Assembly: GCA_963809895.1 (NCBI GenBank)
Contig: CAWELD010000003.1
Location: 544,001-608,000, forward strand
Direction of reading: 5' to 3'
Length of the DNA stretch: 64,000 bases
Origin: an uncultured Gemmatimonadales bacterium
GTDB lineage: Bacteria; Gemmatimonadota; Gemmatimonadetes; Longimicrobiales; Gaopeijiaceae
This document shows, in pieces, positions 55,505 through 64,000 of this stretch. Position 1 is the stretch's first letter, and every line of letters starts with the position of its first letter. Below the pieces are notes generated by a model that was given only the letters and a program-made list of their open reading frames with translations, searched no databases and was not told where the DNA came from. The position numbers were made by a program, and so were the translations under genes.

Positions 55505-56670
55505 GCCTGCCCAGAAGCGCCCGCGTGGACCGACTCCCCGGCTATCCGCTGGCGCAGATCCCCGAGATCCGGCGCTCGCTGGAGGCCCGCGGCGTCGACG
55601 TCATCGACCTGGGGGCCGGCGACGCCGATCTGGCGCCTCCGCCGGCGGCCGTGGAGGCGCTCCAGCAGGCGGCGGCGGACCCTCGCATGTCCCGGTATCC
55701 GTTCCAGCTCGGCCTGCCGGCCTTCCGTGAGGCGGTGGCGGCCTTCATGCGCAAGCGCTTCGGCGTGGTGCTGGATCCCTTCCGCGAGATCCTGCCCCTG
55801 ATCGGATCCAAGGAGGGGATCGCGCACCTGCCTTTCGGTCTCCTGGATCCGGGTGATGCGGCCGTGCTGCCCGATCCCGGCTACCAGGCGTACCGGGGCG
55901 GAGTGATCCTGGCCGGGGCCGAGCCCCACCTGGTCCCGCTGCGTCCGGAGAACGAGTTCCTGGTGCCGCTGGACGAGGTCCCGGCCGAGGTGGCCGCACG
56001 GACCCGCATGGTCATCCTGAACTATCCCAACAATCCCACCACGGCCTGCGCGCCCGACGACTACATGTGCGGAGCGGTGGACTTCTGCCGGCGGCGGGGT
56101 GCGGTGCTCGTCCACGACCATGCGTACTCGGAGATCGCCTTCGATGGATACCGTCCCCGGAGCGTGCTCGAATTCGAGGGTGCCCGCGACGTGGCCCTGG
56201 AGTTCCACTCGCTCTCCAAGACCTACAACATGACGGGCTGGCGCCTGGGATGGGCGGCGGGAAGCCCCGACCTCATCGCCCTGCTGAGCCGCGTGAAGAC
56301 GTTCGTGGACACGGGCGTCTTCCTCGGCGTCCAGGCCGCCGGGGCCGCCGCGCTGAGCTGCTGGGAGGAGTGGGTTCCGGGCAACGTGGCGGTCTTCCAG
56401 ACCCGGCGCGACGCGGCGGCGCAGGCCCTGGACGAGGCCGGCTTCGACATCACCGTGCCCCAGGCGACCATGTACCTGTGGATTCCCGTGCCCGGTGCGG
56501 AGCCCGCCGAGGCGTTCGCGCTGCGCGCGCTGGAGCAGGAGGGCGTGGTGGTCCTGCCCGGCTCGGCTCTCGGCGACGGAGGTGAGGGGTTCTTCCGGGT
56601 CGCCCTGACCGTGGGGCCCGAGCGCCTCGCGGAGGCCGCCGAGCGGCTGGGCCGCGTCGGCCGAGGGTGA
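55501..56670 (+). CDS. dapL: Class I/II PLP-dependent aminotransferase, LL-diaminopimelate aminotransferase-like
   Basis: IGSKEGIAH, PDPGY, NYPNNPT, DHAYSE, EFHSLSKTYNMTGWRLG, GEGFFR. Confidence 0.75.
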   Translation: MSLPRSARVDRLPGYPLAQIPEIRRSLEARGVDVIDLGAGDADLAPPPAAVEALQQAAADPRMSRYPFQLGLPAFREAVAAFMRKRFGVVLDPFREILPLIGSKEGIAHLPFGLLDPGDAAVLPDPGYQAYRGGVILAGAEPHLVPLRPENEFLVPLDEVPAEVAARTRMVILNYPNNPTTACAPDDYMCGAVDFCRRRGAVLVHDHAYSEIAFDGYRPRSVLEFEGARDVALEFHSLSKTYNMTGWRLGWAAGSPDLIALLSRVKTFVDTGVFLGVQAAGAAALSCWEEWVPGNVAVFQTRRDAAAQALDEAGFDITVPQATMYLWIPVPGAEPAEAFALRALEQEGVVVLPGSALGDGGEGFFRVALTVGPERLAEAAERLGRVGRG

Positions 56671-56727
56671 ACCCGTCGGAGGCCGAAATGCCAGGAACCG
56701 CGCGGGGAAGCGGGGTTACCATACACG

Positions 56728-57600
56728 ATGACGGCCTCCACTTCCCCTACTCCGGCCCCGCCCGACCCGTCCGCGTCCGAGCCGCCGGCGCGACGCGATC
56801 GCTACCGCCAGACCCTGGGATGGGCGTTGGCGGCGTCGGCGTTGGTGCACGTGGTGGCCATCCTTCTTTACCCGCACCTGTTCGGTCGCCTGCCACCCGC
56901 ACAGAATCGGGGGACGCCGGACGCGACCCGGCCACCCACCGGCACCGAGATCATCAACCTGGTGGAGGTGGCCGGCGAGGAGGCGCGACCGGAGACACCT
57001 CCGCCGGAGCGTCGCCCCGAGCTCCAACCACCCCCGACACCGACTGAGGCGCGAGAAGCGGAGCCCTCGCGAGCGCCGCCGGTCCTGGCACCCCCCGGCG
57101 TGCGGCCCGGCGCCCCCGGCGAGGAGGAGGGCTGGACGACCGCGGAGCGCCTCCGACCGACCCCGGGCGATCCTCGCCTGTGGGCGCCCCTTCCCGAGGA
57201 GATCACCGAGCTGTCGCCGGAGCAGCGCATGGAGAACCTGCTCTACGGGCGCCTGCAGGCGCTCAACGATTCCGCGGCCATCGAGGCGGAGCGGGCCCGC
57301 CGGGCCACCGATTGGACCTACACCGACGGTGACGGGAACAAGTGGGGGGTATCACCGGGCAAGCTGCATCTGGGCCCCATCACCATTCCGCTGCCGTTCA
57401 GCTTCGGCATGCCGCCCGGCGCGTCGGACGACATGCATCGCCGGCAGTCGCAGGACGCCGAGATTCGCAGGGCGGCGGGGCAGGGGGCCGTGGACGAGAC
57501 CAACGAGGAGCGGGCCAAGGCGATCCGCAAGCGCATGGACGAGGAACGAAAGAAGAGAAAGGCCGACCCCGACACGACCTCCGGGGGTGGGGGCGGATGA
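56728..57600 (+). CDS. Hypothetical single-pass Pro-rich periplasmic protein (TonB-like N-terminus)
   Basis: TM with S...H motif (ASALVH), Pro/Glu-rich linker, C-terminal DWTYTD.DG.KWGVSPGKLHLG domain. Confidence 0.65.
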   Translation: MTASTSPTPAPPDPSASEPPARRDRYRQTLGWALAASALVHVVAILLYPHLFGRLPPAQNRGTPDATRPPTGTEIINLVEVAGEEARPETPPPERRPELQPPPTPTEAREAEPSRAPPVLAPPGVRPGAPGEEEGWTTAERLRPTPGDPRLWAPLPEEITELSPEQRMENLLYGRLQALNDSAAIEAERARRATDWTYTDGDGNKWGVSPGKLHLGPITIPLPFSFGMPPGASDDMHRRQSQDAEIRRAAGQGAVDETNEERAKAIRKRMDEERKKRKADPDTTSGGGGG

Positions 57601-58061
57601 GCAAGCCGATGCGCAGGAGGCTGCGCCTGGCCGGCCGGGACCGCGCCGACACGTGGATCGTGCCCGCGGCGCTGGGGGCCGCGGCCGGTGTGGTGGTGGG
57701 CTGGATGCTGGGGCGACCCACGTCCCGCCGAAGGGACGAGGCGCCCCGGGAGAGCACGAGGCTCGGTGAGCGGCTGAGCAACGGCCTCGGTGCGGCGGTG
57801 GACGGCCTGCGGGAGATCCACGCGCGCTTCGTCCAGGAGGAGCCACCCGAGATCGTGGAGATCGAGGCCCGGCTGGCCCTCGTCGAGGGCGCCGCCGGGA
57901 TCCGCGTCGCACATCTGGGCGACGGGATCGTGGAGCTGACGGGGTCGGGTTCCGACGAGACGGCCCGCGCCGCCGCAGCAGCGGTAGCCCGAGTAGCCGG
58001 AGTCCATGCCGTCGTGAACCGCGTGTGGACGCCCTCATCGGCCGCTCCGCCCGCGAATTGA
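57597..58061 (+). CDS. BON-domain membrane protein
   Basis: ATGA overlap; one TM; GIVELTGS...AAAAAVARVAGVHAVVNR BON motif. Confidence 0.7.
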   Translation: MSKPMRRRLRLAGRDRADTWIVPAALGAAAGVVVGWMLGRPTSRRRDEAPRESTRLGERLSNGLGAAVDGLREIHARFVQEEPPEIVEIEARLALVEGAAGIRVAHLGDGIVELTGSGSDETARAAAAAVARVAGVHAVVNRVWTPSSAAPPAN

Positions 58062-58086
58062 CGCCATCCCGCCCTTCGGATAAGGT
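58058..58086 (+). promoter_or_regulatory. Putative sigma70 promoter of valS
   Basis: TTGACG-N17-TAAGGT, 84 nt upstream of the valS start. Confidence 0.6.
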
Positions 58087-58169
58087 AGCGTGTTCTCTTC
58101 GCGACGCCCCGGCGTCGCGAAGCCCCGACACCGAATCCCGCTGATTTCCCCGGAGCCTTTGGAGGCCCC

Positions 58170-60928
<2,759 letters not shown>

Positions 60929-60932
<4 letters not shown>

Positions 60933-62323
60933 CCCGCCGCCTCATCCGGGCCCTGGTGCCCGTCCTGGCGTCGTTGGGTTTGGCGGCCGCCTGCGCGCGG
61001 CAGGGACGCCCCCCCGGCGGGCCCCCGGACCACCGGCCCCCGTTCGTGGTGGCGGTGACGCCGGACACCTTCGCCACCGTCCCGCCGGGCAAGGGCGAGA
61101 TCAAGGTCACCTTCAACGAGCGCATCAGCGAGCGCACCTCGGGGGGGCCGCTGGACGATGCCGTATCCGTGTCGCCGCGGACCGGCGACGTGCGGGTGGA
61201 GCACGGCCGCGACGGGCTGAACATCACGCTGGACGGGGGATTCCGGCCCGGCCTCGTCTACCGGGTCCGGGTGGAGCCGGTCATCCAGGACATGTTCGGC
61301 AACACCATGCGGGTCCCGTACGAGTGGGTCTTCACCACGGGCGGGGAGTTCAACCAGAACGCCGTGGGTGGGCTGGTCTGGGACCGCGTCACCGGTGACG
61401 TGCTGGAGGACGTGACGGTGCTTCTGCGACCGGGGCAGCCTGGCACTCCGGCGTTCGACTCCACGCCCGCCAACGCGGCCATCACCGACACGGCCGGGAT
61501 CTTCACGCTCCGCTACGTGCCGGCGGACACCTTCACGGTGATCGCCTTCCAGGATCGGAACCGGAACGACCAGGCCGACGCCTTCGAGGCCCAGGGGCGG
61601 CGCACGGGCCTGGTGGTGGGGGCCACGGACACGGTGGTGACCAGCCTGCCCATCATGGTGCCGGACACCACACCGCCGCGGGTCGTGCGCATCGAGACCG
61701 TGGACTCCATGACGCTCCGGGTCACCATGGACGATCCCCTGGACCCCCTGGAGCCGCTGGGTCGCGTGGTTCCGGGCCTCTACCGCGAGGAGGGCAACTC
61801 ACCCGCCGTGGAGCGGATCCTGCACGAGAGGGAATGGACGGCATTGGCGGACTCGTTGGCCGAGGCGCGTCAGGCCGCCGCGCCCACCCCACCCGCCGAT
61901 ACCGCCGCTCAGGCCGGCGACAGCGCGGCCGCGGCTGCAGCGGCTCCGCCGTCCGGCCGCCCACCGGCGCGGCTGCCGGCAGCGGGCAGACCCCGAAGTG
62001 CAGCGGCGGCGGGGCAGCCCACCCGCGAATTTCTCCCCGATGGATCGCCCGTGCCGACCCGGACCTTCGTGGTGCGGCTGGACGGGCCGCTGGAGCCCGG
62101 CGAGGCCTACACCGTCCGCGTCCAGGGGGTCACGAACCTGGCCGGATTGACCAGCGAGTCCGAGGAGGCGGTGGTCACCCGGCCCGTGCCCGAGGCGCCG
62201 CCGGCCGCGGCAGCGTCCGACACCGCCGGCGTCCCCCCCGACACCGCCGCGGGGCCGCCCGACTCCCTGCGTGCGCCTCCGGACACGAACCGGGTGAGGA
62301 TCCGCCGGCCTGGGCATGAGTGA
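60929..62323 (+). CDS. Ig-like (Big_5) domain lipoprotein
   Basis: Lipobox LAAAC followed by A.QG.PPGGPPD..PP.V; VTFNERI; F.D.N.N motif; DTTPP. Confidence 0.75.
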
Positions 62324-63710
62324 CGATCCGCGCCGCCTGATTCCCGGCGTCGACCGGCTCCTGGAGCAGGAGCGCTCCGCCAGGCTGGCCGAGCGGTTCG
62401 GTCGCGCTCAGGTGACCGAGGCGCTCCGGGAGGTGGTGGCCAGGGCGCGGACCGCGGCGGAGGGGGGTGGTGGCCGCGACCTGGCGGATCCGACGCCGTA
62501 TCTGGATCAGGCCGAGGCGTTGCTGGAGGCTGCAGCCCGTCCCTCGCTCCGGCGCGTGATCAACGCCACGGGGGTCATCCTCCACACCAATCTGGGTCGT
62601 GCGCCCCTGGCCGCCGAGGCCCGCGCCGCCATGGCCGAGGTGGCGACCGGCTACAGCAACCTGGAATTCGACCTCCACGAGGGCGCCCGGGGATCGCGGT
62701 ACGTGCACTGCGCCGCCCTCCTGGCGGAGCTCACCGGCGCCGAAGGTGGCCTGGTGGTGAACAACTGCGCCGCGGCTCTGGTGCTGGCCCTGAATACGCT
62801 GGCCGCCGGCCGTGCCGTGGTGGTCTCACGCGGGGAGCTGGTGGAGATCGGCGGCGGCTTCCGCATTCCCGAGATGCTGACCCGCGCCGGAGCGCGGCTC
62901 CGCGAGGTGGGCAGCACCAATCGGACCCGCATCGAGGACTACCGCGCCGCCCTCGAGGAGGGTGACGTGGGGGCGATCCTCAAGGTGCACCGCTCCAACT
63001 TCCGGGTGTCGGGCTTCACGGAAGAGGCCCCACTGGACGCGCTGGTGGCTCTGGGCGCCGACGCGGGCATTCCCGTGGTGCACGACGTGGGGTCGGGCCT
63101 GCTGGTGGACCCGGCGTCGCTGGGGCTGCCACCGGAGCCACGCCCGGCGGAGTCCGTGGCGGAAGGCGCGGCGCTGGCGCTCTTTTCGGGCGACAAGCTG
63201 CTCGGGGGACCGCAGGCGGGGCTGGTCGTGGGCCGCGAGGCCACGGTGGCACGCCTGCGGACCAACCCGCTGTGCCGGGCGCTCAGGGTCGACAAGGGTA
63301 CCTTGGCGGCGCTGGAAGCGACGCTTCGCCTGTACCGGGATCCCGACACCGTGCGCACTCGGGTGCCCGTGCTGCGCATGTTGAGCGAGCCGACGTCCGA
63401 CGTCCGCCGCCGGGCAGAGCTTCTGCTCGAGCGCCTCGGCAGCGAGGTGGACGCGCACGTGGCGCCGGGGGATGCGGTGGTGGGCGGGGGGACCTTTCCC
63501 GGCCATGCCGTGCCCTCGTGGACGCTTCGGATCGCGTCGTCGTCCATGGGCGCCGAGGAACTGGCCGCGCGACTGCGGCACGGGGATCCTCCGGTGGTGT
63601 CGCGGGTGGAGGACGGCCGGGTCGTTCTGGACCTCCGGACCGTGGCCCCCGACGAGGAAGACGCGGTGCGGAAGGGTCTGCTGCGGGCGTTGGGCCCCTC
63701 CGCGTCGTGA
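62316..63710 (+). CDS. selA: L-seryl-tRNA(Sec) selenium transferase
   Basis: VINATGVILHTNLGRAPL, YSNLEFDL..G.RGSR, VVNNCAAA, SRGELVEIGGGFRIP, EVGSTNRT, KVHRSNF, FSGDKLLGGPQAG. Confidence 0.95.
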   Translation: MSDDPRRLIPGVDRLLEQERSARLAERFGRAQVTEALREVVARARTAAEGGGGRDLADPTPYLDQAEALLEAAARPSLRRVINATGVILHTNLGRAPLAAEARAAMAEVATGYSNLEFDLHEGARGSRYVHCAALLAELTGAEGGLVVNNCAAALVLALNTLAAGRAVVVSRGELVEIGGGFRIPEMLTRAGARLREVGSTNRTRIEDYRAALEEGDVGAILKVHRSNFRVSGFTEEAPLDALVALGADAGIPVVHDVGSGLLVDPASLGLPPEPRPAESVAEGAALALFSGDKLLGGPQAGLVVGREATVARLRTNPLCRALRVDKGTLAALEATLRLYRDPDTVRTRVPVLRMLSEPTSDVRRRAELLLERLGSEVDAHVAPGDAVVGGGTFPGHAVPSWTLRIASSSMGAEELAARLRHGDPPVVSRVEDGRVVLDLRTVAPDEEDAVRKGLLRALGPSAS

Positions 63711-64000
63711 GCCGCGCCGCTGTCTTCCTGGACCGCGACGGCACGCTCATCCGGGAAGCCGACTACCTGGCCGATCCCGATGGCGTCGCGCTGCTGCCCG
63801 GCGTCGTGGACGCGCTCGCGGAGCTCCGGAACGCCGGGCTGGCGCTGGTGGTGGTCACCAATCAGTCGGGGATCGCCCGAGGGCTGTACACCGAGGAGGA
63901 CTACCAGCGAGTGGCCGCGCGCCTGGACCAGGTGCTGGACGAACACGGCGTGTCGGTGGACGCCACCTACCACTGCCCGCACCACCCGGACTTCTCGGGC
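63707..64000 (+). CDS. gmhB: D-glycero-D-manno-heptose-1,7-bisphosphate phosphatase (HAD IIIA), truncated at right edge
   Basis: Manual translation from GTG 63707: SRAAVFLDRDGTLI...VVVTNQSGIARG...YHCPHHP. Confidence 0.88.
   Translation, partial: MSRAAVFLDRDGTLIREADYLADPDGVALLPGVVDALAELRNAGLALVVVTNQSGIARGLYTEEDYQRVAARLDQVLDEHGVSVDATYHCPHHPDFSG

Overview
Very GC-rich (roughly 70%+, estimated by eye) bacterial chromosomal window. Gene content suggests a Gram-negative organism, probably Gemmatimonadota (inference only). The housekeeping backbone includes an OPT transporter, M14/M48/M24 peptidases, clpB, mce, trxA, rsmI, a DUF4159/DUF4175-like/TPR cluster, JAB-DinG, hrpB, ppk2, an FAH-family protein, a dapL-like aminotransferase, valS, selA and gmhB. 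Two accessory operons stand out. (1) Minus strand, 33782->23070: a sigma70-like promoter, a cyclic-dinucleotide class I (GEMM-I) riboswitch and an intrinsic terminator precede a translationally coupled operon. It encodes a His-rich inner-membrane protein, a TPR protein, a 17-heme cytochrome c, a ~31-heme cytochrome c built of tandem 3-heme modules, an outer-membrane beta-barrel, a membrane-anchored ferredoxin fused to a circularly permuted TrxR/FNR-type flavoprotein, a beta-propeller and a lipoprotein nucleoside hydrolase. This is a candidate c-di-GMP-regulated electron conduit from NAD(P)H to the cell surface. (2) Plus strand, 35353->49289: a TPR protein, an Ig/BACON lipoprotein, a giant 17xDUF11 lipoprotein, a degenerate FHA protein, a PP2C phosphatase and a transmembrane Hanks kinase with Ig and 7-blade RCC1 ectodomains, a candidate adhesin-coupled signalling system. 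Several net +1 frameshifts fall only in the three repeat-rich genes and are probably consensus errors. No tRNA, rRNA, CRISPR array or mobile element was seen.
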